A stretch of DNA of 63,479 bases, the filler included. It is 6 parts of 6 records of this genome, joined end to end, with 100 filler letters (N's around TTAATTAATTAA, not from the genome) between each part and the next. Parts side by side here need not be neighbours in the genome. Positions count along the whole stretch, not along the records: positions 29,297 to 43,444 come from SRR20825006_2717; positions 43,545 to 56,237 come from SRR20825006_2732; 4 more parts are not named here. One strand, given 5' to 3'. Below are positions 40,155 through 49,212 of this stretch, in pieces. Every line of letters starts with the position of its first letter. The stretch's first letter is position 1. The notes beneath the pieces are model-generated. The model was not told the DNA's origin and searched no databases. It saw nothing but the letters and a program-made list of their open reading frames with translations. The translations under genes were made by a program, and so were the position numbers.

Positions 40155-40861
40155 AGCCGGATAACCCTGAACGTAACCATGCGCTGGCGGCGGAATATGT
40201 GCTGGGCACCCTGCACGGCGCGGCGCGAAAACGTTTCGAACGCTGGATGATGCTGTCGCCCAAATTGCGTCGGCAGGTGTGGCTGTGGGAGCGGCGTTTG
40301 CAACCGTTCAATGAGTCTGCGCCCAGCATGCAGCCGCCGGCCGATGCCTGGGGTGCGCTGGAGCGCCGGTTGTTTTCCGCGCCAGAGACGGCGCCCGGGC
40401 CCCGGGCCGCCGCCTGGTGGCAGTCGGCGTTGCCCTGGCGCTGGACCACAGGCATTGCCGTGGCGGGGTTGATGGCGTTATTGATCTGGACGCCGGTGCC
40501 GCCGAAAGCCCCGGAGAATGGATTGGTGGGCGTGGTGCAGGGAACACAGGCACAACCATTGTGGGTGTTGAACGCCTCCCGGGGAGACCACAGTCTCACA
40601 TTGCGTTCATTGCCGCCCACGTTGCCGGCAAGTGATGGTCAGGATTATGAGTTGTGGTTGTTGCCAGAATCCGGGGTGCCGATCTCGTTATCGGTATTGC
40701 CGACCGAGGGGGCAGAGTTGCGGATTACGCTGAGTCATGAGCAGGTGAAACAATTGCTGCAATCCCGTTCCCTTGCGATCAGCCTGGAGCCCCATGGCGG
40801 TTCGCCGACGGGGCAGCCCACCGGGCCGGTGGTGTATCAGACCCAGCTTGTGGATTTATAG
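40151..40861 (+). CDS. RskA-family anti-sigma factor
   Basis: LAAEYVLGTL, TM segment, YELW, AISLEP.GGSPTGQPTGPV; ATGA coupling to the sigma gene. Confidence 0.92.
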   Translation: MKPDNPERNHALAAEYVLGTLHGAARKRFERWMMLSPKLRRQVWLWERRLQPFNESAPSMQPPADAWGALERRLFSAPETAPGPRAAAWWQSALPWRWTTGIAVAGLMALLIWTPVPPKAPENGLVGVVQGTQAQPLWVLNASRGDHSLTLRSLPPTLPASDGQDYELWLLPESGVPISLSVLPTEGAELRITLSHEQVKQLLQSRSLAISLEPHGGSPTGQPTGPVVYQTQLVDL

Positions 40862-40902
40862 CAGGGCAGGCTAGCCGGGTGCTGGCCTGCGTTGATGCGG
40901 CG

Positions 40903-42819
40903 TCAGCTGCCGAGTTCGCTTTCGGCGATTTCCAGCGCTTCCATGGCGTCCAGTAGCTCCCCTTCCAGCGCGTCGTGCTGTTTCTTCAGGCGAGCCTGAT
41001 CCCCCAGCAGACCGTTCATTTCGTCCTTGCGGTTTGGGTCGGTGTACAGCGCGTCATCGCCCAGCCCATCTTCCACTGTGGCCAGTGTGTCACTGCATTG
41101 GGCCAGTTGTTTTTCCAGGGTTTCCACCTGCTTTTTCAACGGCCGTAACTGCTGGCGTTGTTGGGCGGCTTGCTGGCGGCGGGCCTTGGCGTCCTGGCCA
41201 TCGCTGGCTTTCTCTTCTTTCACCGGTTTGCCGTCGCGGCGGTTTTGTTGCAACCAGCGGGCGTAGTCGTCCAGGTCGCCATCGAAATGGCTGACGCCGC
41301 CGTTGGCCACCAGGAAAAAATCGTCCACGGTGGTTTCCAGCAGGTGGCGATCGTGGGAGACCATCACCACCGCCCCTTCGAAGGCTTGCAGGGCCAGGGT
41401 CAGCGCTTCGCGCATGTCCAGGTCCAGGTGGTTGGCGGGCTCATCCAGCAGTAGCAAGGCGGGTTTTTGCTGGACGATCATGGCCAGCGCCAGGCGGGCT
41501 TTTTCGCCGCCGGAAAAACGCCCGATGGGGGCGAATACATCATTCCCCTGAAAGCCGAAGCGGCCCAGTTCGCTGCGCAATTGTGATTCGCTCCATTGCG
41601 GGTAGAACCGGGACAGCATCTGGTAGGGGGTGTCGTTGGCGTCCAGGCGATCCACCTGTTGCTGGTGGAAGTAACCGATTTTCAGATCATCGTTTTTTTC
41701 AAAGTGACCGCCCAGCGCGGGAAGCTCGCCCACCAGGGTACGTACCAGGGTGGACTTGCCCGCGCCATTGGGGCCGAGCAGGCCGATGCGGGTTTCCGGA
41801 CGCAGGCTCAGGTTCACCTGGTCGAGGATCACCGTATCAACGCCGTTATTGCGATAGCCGCATTGCACCGCGTCCAGGTTCTCCATGGGGTTGGGCAGTT
41901 TTTCCGGGCTGTGAAAATCAAAACTGAAGCCGGAATCCACATGGGCGGGCGCAATCAGTTCCAGTTTTTCCAGTGCTTTTACCCGGCTCTGGGCCTGCTT
42001 GGCCTTGCTGGCTTTTGCCTTGAAGCGGGTAATGAATTTTTGCAGGTGGGCGACCTGGGTTTGCTGCTTGTCATGCATCTTCTGCTGCAGGGCCAGCTTT
42101 TCGGCGCGCTCGCGTTCGAAATCGGAGTAGCCGCCGGTGTACTGCTTCAGGCTGTTGTGTTCGATGTGCAGAATCTGGGTGACGATGGCATCCAGAAACG
42201 CCCGGTCGTGGGAGATCACCAACAGCGCTCCGGGCTGCTGAATCAAATAACTTTGCAGCCAGAGAATGGCATCCAGATCCAGGTGGTTGGTGGGCTCATC
42301 GAGAAGCAACAGGTCCGCGTCGCTCATCAGCACCTGGGCCAGGTTCAGACGCATGCGCCAGCCGCCGGAAAAACTGGAGACGGGCTGTTGTTGTTGGGCT
42401 TCGCTAAAGCCCAGGCCGGCCAGCAGGATGGCGGCGTTGGCCGGTTGTTGCCAGGCGTGCAGGGCGTCCAGCTCGCCGTGGGTCAGGGCAATGGCGTGGT
42501 TGTCGCCGGCCTGTTCAGCGGCCGCCAGTTTACGCTCGGCGGCGCGCAGGGCGTGGTGGCCGTCCAGCACATAATCGATGGCGGGTTGTTCCAGCGCGGG
42601 GACTTCCTGGGCCATCATGGCCAGGCGCCAGTCGGCAGGCAGGTTGAGGTTGCCGCCGTCGCTCTCCAGCTCGCCCATGATAAGCTTGAACAGCGAGCTC
42701 TTGCCGCTGCCATTACGGCCCACCAGACCTACGCGCCAGCCCTTGTGCAGCACCAGGTTGGCATCTTCCAGCAGCAGGTCGGGGCCGCGGCGAAGGTTGA
42801 TATGTTCGAGAGACAGCAT
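40903..42819 (-). CDS. ABC-F family ATPase (YheS-like; start MLSLEH)
   Basis: Two ABC domains (GRNGSGKS/FSGGWRMR/LDEPTNHLD and GPNGAGKS/FSGGEK), C-terminal coiled coil. Confidence 0.93.
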   Translation of the reverse strand: MLSLEHINLRRGPDLLLEDANLVLHKGWRVGLVGRNGSGKSSLFKLIMGELESDGGNLNLPADWRLAMMAQEVPALEQPAIDYVLDGHHALRAAERKLAAAEQAGDNHAIALTHGELDALHAWQQPANAAILLAGLGFSEAQQQQPVSSFSGGWRMRLNLAQVLMSDADLLLLDEPTNHLDLDAILWLQSYLIQQPGALLVISHDRAFLDAIVTQILHIEHNSLKQYTGGYSDFERERAEKLALQQKMHDKQQTQVAHLQKFITRFKAKASKAKQAQSRVKALEKLELIAPAHVDSGFSFDFHSPEKLPNPMENLDAVQCGYRNNGVDTVILDQVNLSLRPETRIGLLGPNGAGKSTLVRTLVGELPALGGHFEKNDDLKIGYFHQQQVDRLDANDTPYQMLSRFYPQWSESQLRSELGRFGFQGNDVFAPIGRFSGGEKARLALAMIVQQKPALLLLDEPANHLDLDMREALTLALQAFEGAVVMVSHDRHLLETTVDDFFLVANGGVSHFDGDLDDYARWLQQNRRDGKPVKEEKASDGQDAKARRQQAAQQRQQLRPLKKQVETLEKQLAQCSDTLATVEDGLGDDALYTDPNRKDEMNGLLGDQARLKKQHDALEGELLDAMEALEIAESELGS

Positions 42820-42935
42820 GGTGAGCCTATTTTCAAGACAGTGGCCTGCGTGCCGTGACAGACGTGCAGGAAACCGGCGCAGTGTAAGCGATGGCCTGTT
42901 CAAGCACCAACCTGCCCGGGGAGGTGAACCAGGGG

Positions 42936-43406
42936 ATGCCCGTGAATGATGAGATGAAAGCGGATCTGTGGCGTTTTGCGCTGGGGCGCTGGCAGGACAA
43001 GCGGTTCGAGCAAGCCTGCCTGCATCTGCAGGACGATTATCAGGTGCCGGTATCGCTACTGCTGTGCGGCTTGTGGCTGGCGGCGTCGGGCAAGCAGCCG
43101 GATGCCCGGACGGGTCGACGGTTGGCGGAGCTGGCGGAGCCGTTCGAAGCGGATTATCTGCGCCCCCTGCGCCAGGTACGCCGCAAGGCCGCACAGGATG
43201 AGCGCTTGCCCGAGTTCAAACGCCAACTCCAACAGGTAGAGCTGGAGGGCGAGCGCTGGTTGCTGACTACCCTGCCTTCCTTGTGCGAGAACTTGTTGCC
43301 GGCCGGCAAGCCGGTGGACCCGATGGGTTGGTTGTTGGTGTTGGTCCCGGAAACGGCGCAGTGTGAAGGGTTGCAGAAATCGCTCAATGATCTGGTTGCG
43401 CTTTAG
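42936..43406 (+). CDS. TIGR02444-like conserved protein
   Basis: LWRFAL…ACL.LQD…V..LL…W…PLR..RR; typically divergent from yheS. Confidence 0.75.
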   Translation: MPVNDEMKADLWRFALGRWQDKRFEQACLHLQDDYQVPVSLLLCGLWLAASGKQPDARTGRRLAELAEPFEADYLRPLRQVRRKAAQDERLPEFKRQLQQVELEGERWLLTTLPSLCENLLPAGKPVDPMGWLLVLVPETAQCEGLQKSLNDLVAL

Positions 43407-43544
43407 GCATTGCGACGAAGCCGCTGTAGGAGTACCTCTTGAGGNNNNNNNNNNNNNNNNNNNNNNNNNNNNNNNNNNNNNNNNNNNNTTAATTAATTAA
43501 NNNNNNNNNNNNNNNNNNNNNNNNNNNNNNNNNNNNNNNNNNNN

Positions 43545-44978
43545 GATGCCGTCGTTGTCATCGTCCGGGTCGCAGGGATCGCCGCTGCCATCCTGGTCGA
43601 AGTCTGCCTGGTTGTTGTTCGTGATCTTGGGGCAGTTGTCGGTGCTATTCGGGATGCCGTCGTTGTCGACGTCTTCATCGCACAGATCACCGCGGCCATC
43701 GCCGTCGGTGTCCTCCTGCGAGGAGTTCGGCGTGCGCGGGCAGTTGTCATCGGGTTGTTCGATGGTGTCGTTATCCAGATCAGGATCGCAGGCGTCCCCG
43801 AGGCTGTCATTGTCCAGGTTGTCCTGGTTCGGGTTTGGGACGAGGTCGCAGTTGTCGAGCGCATCCGTGATGGAGTCGTTGTCATCGTCTTCATCGCAGA
43901 TATCACCGAGGCCATCGAAGTCGGTGTCGCGTTGATCCGGGTTGGATGACTTGGGGCAGTTGTCCTGGTTATCTACGGTGCCATCGTTGTCATCGTCGTC
44001 GTCGCATGCGTCGCCCTGGCCATCGTTATCGTTGTCCTGCTGACCCGAGTTGATGACCCGCTCGCAGTTGTCTGAGGCGTTCCCCACGCCGTCGTTGTCA
44101 ATGTCTTGATCGCATGCATCCCCGCGCCCATCACCATCGAGATCGGCCTGCGAGGTGTTCGACACCGCCGGGCAATTGTCCGAGAGATCCGGGATGGAGT
44201 CTCCATCGCCGTCTCCCATATCGCAGATGTCGCCAAAGCCGTTGTTGTTGCTGTCGGCTTGGTTGGGGTTGGCGGTTCTCGGGCAGTTGTCTTGATTGTC
44301 GGGGACGCCGTCATTGTCGTCATCGTTGTCGCAGGCGTCGCCCTGTCCATCGCCATCGGTGTCGGTTTGTGAGGTGTCCGCGGCGAGCGGGCAGATGTCC
44401 TGGTTGTCGGGGACGCCGTCGTTATCGTCGTCGTCGTCGCACGCGTTCCCCGCGCCGTCGCCGTCCGTATCGATCTGGTTGCTGTTGATGACCCTCGGGC
44501 AGTTGTCCTGGTTATCCGGGGTGTTGTCGTTGTCATCATCGAGGTCGCATGCATCCCCCTGACCGTCGCCGTCGAGGTTTGCCTGATCGGGGTTGTTGGT
44601 GAACTGGCAGTTATCATCGCATCCCGATGTCGCACCGCCGACGCAGGGCGTGTCGCCGATGACAGATCCCGCGTCGCTCCCATCGTCATCGATCGAGTCA
44701 TTGTCGTCGTCTGGATCGCAGGGATCTCCTTGGCCGTCGGCGTCGAAGTCCTCCTGCCCATCGTTGACGATGTTCGGGCAGTTATCGTTGGGGTTGCAGT
44801 GCATGTCCCCGTCGTTGTTGCCCGTGAGCAGGCAGAGTTGGGCGTGCGCTTCTGGTGCTCCCGTGAGCATGAACAAAAGCAGAAAGCCAAACATCTGGGG
44901 GATCTTGTATCGAGACATGCGAGCCTCTGGAGAGAGGGCTCCGTGGCCGTCGAGAGGCGTCAGGAGTCGGTGATTCAT
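43545..44978 (-). CDS. Secreted thrombospondin type-3 repeat (Ca-binding) protein, 3' truncated; start may be 44918
   Basis: Signal peptide AHA|Q; about 11 units of DNCP…Q.D.D.DG.GD.CD.D.DNDG. Confidence 0.9.
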
Positions 44979-45316
44979 GGGAGGCTTGGGGTGTCGTTAT
45001 CGACCGTCCCGGACCTTGATAGGGGGCGAATGCGTTCGCGCCTATCATCGAAATTGCCCCCCCAGGATCATCCCCCAGGGTTCACGATAGGTCACAGGAT
45101 GTGACACTTCATGAGGTGCTGTAGCGTCGTGATGTCATGCTCCATCCTGGCCGGGTTGTGCTGGCGGATGAGTGAAGATGACTGCACGGGATGACGAGAC
45201 CACACCGGAGGGTTTTGTTAGATATGCCCTGGTTATGACCTTTGTCTTTTCTTCTTATAGGAAAAAGAAAATCAAAGGGCAAGCCTCTGGCCCGCGTCTG
45301 GTGAGATGCGTGGAGG

Positions 45317-45889
45317 CTAGAAGTAATAGCGGATGTGCCCGGTGAAATCGATGGGGTCGAAGTAGGCATCGAGCAGGTAGATTTTGGGGCGATACTCGAG
45401 GGCGAGATCGATCGGAATCACCGAGAGGGTGAGCTGGAGGCCCACGACGAACGCCGCCGCGAGGTCGAGGTTTGGCGCGCGGTTCCAGATCGCGGCGCCG
45501 ACGCCACCGCCGATATGCCACGCGAGCGAGATGTCTCCGTTGCCAACGATCTCGGGGCGCTCCGAGAGGAGGTCCGCGCTGAGCGCGATCGCCTCCCCGA
45601 ACCCGCGGCAGTAGTTGTAGCCGCGGCGCTCGTAGTAGCAGCCGCTGCGCCACCCGTAGCGCAACGGGCCGACGTTGCCCTGGATGCTGAGCGAGTCACT
45701 CATGAAGTACTTCATCGACAGCAGCGTCGCGAAGGTCCCCGCGCCGAAGCCGATGCCGAATCGCCCCGCCTGTCGAACGTCTTGCGCTTGCGCTTGGCTC
45801 GTGGCGATCGCGTTGGCCGAGAAGGTCAAAAGGAGCGCGCTCGCGAAGATCGCGAGCCTGGAGGAGATGGGGTGCGTGGATCGATACAT
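45317..45889 (-). CDS. Small outer-membrane beta-barrel protein
   Basis: Signal peptide, FGIG.G.G, amphipathic strands, C-terminal RYYF. Confidence 0.75.
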   Translation of the reverse strand: MYRSTHPISSRLAIFASALLLTFSANAIATSQAQAQDVRQAGRFGIGFGAGTFATLLSMKYFMSDSLSIQGNVGPLRYGWRSGCYYERRGYNYCRGFGEAIALSADLLSERPEIVGNGDISLAWHIGGGVGAAIWNRAPNLDLAAAFVVGLQLTLSVIPIDLALEYRPKIYLLDAYFDPIDFTGHIRYYF

Positions 45890-46155
45890 GATGGGCCTCA
45901 TCAACAGGGTCGGCAGCCGAACAATGTGCCAGGAATTCGAGCAGTGCCTGGAAAGCCTAGCAAAGAATCTCGATGTCGAGAACCTCTCCCGAGACAACGC
46001 GAGCAAGGTGTCAGAGCCCCTCTGGTCTGTCTCGGTGATGACTGTTATATTCTCCACCCGCAACAGGAACGCCACCAGAAAGAAGATTTATGTCGGTGGT
46101 GTGAGTTCGAAGATATGAAGCGATCTGTAAAACAAACGAGGTGAAGATGTCTGCC

Positions 46156-46848
46156 ATGGCACGCAAGATGATGTGGTCGAGTATGGCGCTCGCAGTGGCG
46201 CTTATGGTGACGGCATGCGAGAAGAAAGCAACACCGACGCCTCCAAAAACCGACACGGCGAACGCCACCACGAGCGCGAACGCCACCAGCGCTCAGATGG
46301 CTGCGCAAACCACCGCCACGGCGACCCCCAAACTCTCCGACGAGCAGCTCGTGAAAGAATCGCGCAAGTATGGGCATATCCCGATCGTCGGCGACACCGA
46401 TCGCGAGTCCGTGACCTCGAAGTTCGAGAACTGGAAAAAGGCCGAGGACGAGGCCAAGGCCAACGAGGGCGTCGGCGCCAAGCTCGCCGCCGTCCCTCCT
46501 GGCGCCACCGTCACCATCGTGTTCGGCACCTGGTGTTCGGATTGCTTCCGCGAGATCCCGCGGCTGTGGGATGCGCTCGATCAGGTCGAGCAAAAGCCCC
46601 CCTTCGAGATCAAATACCTCGCGGTCAACGAATACCTGCGCGCCGATCGCGACCTGACGGCGATGAACATCCACAACATCCCCACGCTCATCGTCGAGCG
46701 TGATGGGAAGGAGGTGGGGCGCATCATCGAGAAGCCTGTCACGAACGTGGAGGAGGATCTCCTCGCGATCCTCGAAGGGAAGAAGAAAGGGGTCGTGACC
46801 AGCTCCCCCGAGCTGCGCAGGCGCTACGGTCTCGACGAGAAGAAGTGA
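46156..46848 (+). CDS. Thioredoxin-fold lipoprotein (start approximate)
   Basis: Lipobox VTAC, T/A-rich linker, GTWCSDC, cis-Pro IPT. Confidence 0.85.
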   Translation: MARKMMWSSMALAVALMVTACEKKATPTPPKTDTANATTSANATSAQMAAQTTATATPKLSDEQLVKESRKYGHIPIVGDTDRESVTSKFENWKKAEDEAKANEGVGAKLAAVPPGATVTIVFGTWCSDCFREIPRLWDALDQVEQKPPFEIKYLAVNEYLRADRDLTAMNIHNIPTLIVERDGKEVGRIIEKPVTNVEEDLLAILEGKKKGVVTSSPELRRRYGLDEKK

Positions 46849-46881
46849 GCGCGAAGCTCTCTTGGCTCCTGAAGTCCCGCT

Positions 46882-48822
46882 CTAGTACTGCGTGACCAGA
46901 TCGAGCAGGACCCACAGCGCGCTCGCTGTCGTCATGCAGCCGTGTTGATCGCTGTAGAGCTCTCCGCTCGGCGCCTCCCATGGGGACTCACAACATGGGT
47001 CCGTCATGCGCAAATCCTCGCTCCCCAGCCATGAACCATCGACCTGCTGACGCTCGAGGAGCTCCTCGAGCAGCGCGTCGATGCGCTCGTTCGATGATCC
47101 TCCGAGCGTCGCCGCGCCCAGCGCCCACGCGATCTCGAAGGTGGTCGCATTGGCGCTCAGGTGTGTCGCCTCGCGCTCGATGGGGAACTCTTCGAGCCAC
47201 TCCATCTCTGCGAGCATGTACAGGTGGTGGTAGGTGCTAAAGTGGTGCGTGCGCCACCAGTAGGCGTGCCACTTGCCATCGGCGCACGCGAACTTGGCGA
47301 GGTACTCGTGGAGTCCCTGCTCGAGCTTCTCCTTTGTCGCCTCGTCCAGCGCGGGCCACGCCAGCGCGGTCACGCACGGGTGGACGTCGCTCCAGTGACG
47401 AGGTCCGCGCGAGCTGATAAAGCCACCGCGACGATCCCACATCGAGATCAACCACGCGTTATCCTCAGGATCGCGCGCATATCCAACCTCATCGAAGAGC
47501 CTCAACGTGAGCGCGCTGGTGCGCGTATCTGGACCTGCGTGCGAGCCAAAGCCCCACCCCCCTTCGCGCGTGCGCTTGGTGGCGAGCCAACCCGCCGCGC
47601 GTTGCGCGACCTCCTGAGCGTATGGCTCGAAGGAGACGGCGCGCGTCATGGTCAGCCCGATAAAGGCCGTCGAGAAGCAGTCGGCGTATCCAAACGGGAG
47701 CCTGTAGTCGATCCAGCAGCCCTCGGCGCCTTGCTTCTCGATGAGCGCGTGGATCGCGAGCCGGATGCGCTCCTCGATGAGCGCGCGCTTCTCGCGGCGA
47801 CTCTGCTTCTTTGGCGAAGAGAGCCCCTTTGGTTTGAACGTGAGCATGGTTCGAATGTCGCGCGTGGAGGGGTCCTCTTCCATGCCTATCCTCTGTACAT
47901 CGGCGTGCGTGGAGTCCTGGCGCTCTTGCAACTCGAAGGTCTCGGTGTCGGGGAATGGTGAAGCCTCCTCGAAGCGATTGAACCATCGGTTCGCGCCATC
48001 CCGTGGCTCGAGCTCGTGGCGGCTGCCGACGAGTTGACCGCGCTCGGGGGCGATCTCGAGCGCGAGGTGTTCCTTGTAATCTTCATAAAGCTGGAGGCTG
48101 CTCACCGAGGACAGCAGCTGCGTGTGCGCGCTCATATCGAGCCCATCCAGGTGCGGCTGGCGCGATCCCGCGCGCCGCGATCTGCTCGCCTGCACGATGG
48201 CCACGAGCCCGTGCGCCTGGCGGTACCGATGACCGATGCGATCGATCTCGAAGCCCGTCGCCCTGAGCTCTTCGACGACTTTTGCAAGCTTGAACGCGTG
48301 CGGGCTCACATCCTGGAGCCACCCCTGCAGGAGCGACCAGCCCGTGATCGGATCGAGGTGGTCGAGCCTGATCCTGAAGCCGATCTCCTTGCTCCGAAGC
48401 GCGTAGTCGATCAGCAACATGCCGCCATCTGCCTGCTCCGGGCAACACCCGCGCACGAGCGACATGCGTGTGTTCAGGCGAACCAGCGCGGCCTCGATCT
48501 CGCTGGCTCCATGGCATTGCCTGGCCAGCCCCACCAGCGAGCGCTGCGCCGCCTCGAAGCGCTCTCGCGACGAGGCGATATACCAGCAGGGATCTATGGT
48601 CAGCTCGAGCCGTTCACGTGATTCCCCGCAGACCCTGAGCTGGAGCGGCAACCCGTCATGGCTTAGCCGCGAGCGCCCCCCGCGACGCGCGTGGTTCGCA
48701 GGAGATGGGGCCAGCATGGGCGAGAGCTGCTCGGTCAGCTCCTTCCTGTCGATCTTGGACAGGTTGGCCGCTTGCTCGAGCAGCGCTCGCATTGTCTTGA
48801 GTTCGCCGTATTTGGAAACCAT
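46882..48822 (-). CDS. Two-domain protein: possible ABBA-prenyltransferase-like N-domain plus prenyltransferase/squalene-oxidase-repeat (class II cyclase-like) C-domain
   Basis: QW-like repeats QGAEGCW, EGGWG, DGKW, QQVDGSW; YWW; terminal TTA; strong GAAGGAG RBS. The N-domain call rests on one motif. Confidence 0.7.
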   Translation of the reverse strand: MVSKYGELKTMRALLEQAANLSKIDRKELTEQLSPMLAPSPANHARRGGRSRLSHDGLPLQLRVCGESRERLELTIDPCWYIASSRERFEAAQRSLVGLARQCHGASEIEAALVRLNTRMSLVRGCCPEQADGGMLLIDYALRSKEIGFRIRLDHLDPITGWSLLQGWLQDVSPHAFKLAKVVEELRATGFEIDRIGHRYRQAHGLVAIVQASRSRRAGSRQPHLDGLDMSAHTQLLSSVSSLQLYEDYKEHLALEIAPERGQLVGSRHELEPRDGANRWFNRFEEASPFPDTETFELQERQDSTHADVQRIGMEEDPSTRDIRTMLTFKPKGLSSPKKQSRREKRALIEERIRLAIHALIEKQGAEGCWIDYRLPFGYADCFSTAFIGLTMTRAVSFEPYAQEVAQRAAGWLATKRTREGGWGFGSHAGPDTRTSALTLRLFDEVGYARDPEDNAWLISMWDRRGGFISSRGPRHWSDVHPCVTALAWPALDEATKEKLEQGLHEYLAKFACADGKWHAYWWRTHHFSTYHHLYMLAEMEWLEEFPIEREATHLSANATTFEIAWALGAATLGGSSNERIDALLEELLERQQVDGSWLGSEDLRMTDPCCESPWEAPSGELYSDQHGCMTTASALWVLLDLVTQY

Positions 48823-48998
48823 TCTCTATATCTCCTTCGCGTCTCGATCGATCGTCACCAATAAGGTTATCGGTGACGATCGACCGAGAGTTGCTCAGAG
48901 ACGCCAGGTCCATGTGTGAACCTATCCCCCCGATAGGTTCGAATCATATGCATCACACGGGAGCTTTATATTCATCCTGACGCCTGCTCCCTTTCTCG

Positions 48999-49014
48999 AG
49001 CAAATTGAATGCCA
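48999..49014 (-). promoter_or_regulatory. Sigma54 -24/-12 promoter
   Basis: Minus strand TGGCATTCAATTTGCT: GG-N10-GC, near consensus TGGCAC-N5-TTGCW. Confidence 0.8.
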
Positions 49015-49099
49015 TGGATGACAGTTTCCTGTTTGGGCCCTCCTCGCGGCTTGTTGTGCGATCGTGCATATGCGACGGGTTTAACAACTATACGGCTTC

Positions 49100-49139
49100 T
49101 GCGTCCTGGTTGGACGCGGTTGCGTCCAGTCGGGACGCA
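49100..49139. promoter_or_regulatory. Tandem enhancer (UAS) palindromes
   Basis: TGCGTCC-N5-GGACGCR twice, 21 bp apart, ~85-125 bp upstream of the -24 box. Confidence 0.7.
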
Positions 49140-49212
49140 GGGGTGCTTTTGCAACCGCATCTGACTGATGGGGGTGCCCTCGCATGCGGATTCTATCTGG
49201 GAATGAGGGTGG

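Noticed and set aside
43545-44800. DNA-level periodic repeats as a non-coding array
   Set aside because: Fully explained by the TSP3 protein repeats on the minus strand.
45289-45304. Possible sigma54 promoter (GGGCCAGAGGCTTGC, minus strand) for the TSP3 gene
   Set aside because: The GG-N10-GC spacing fits, but the flanks are poor, the DNA is GC-rich, and a terminator-like hairpin follows immediately.
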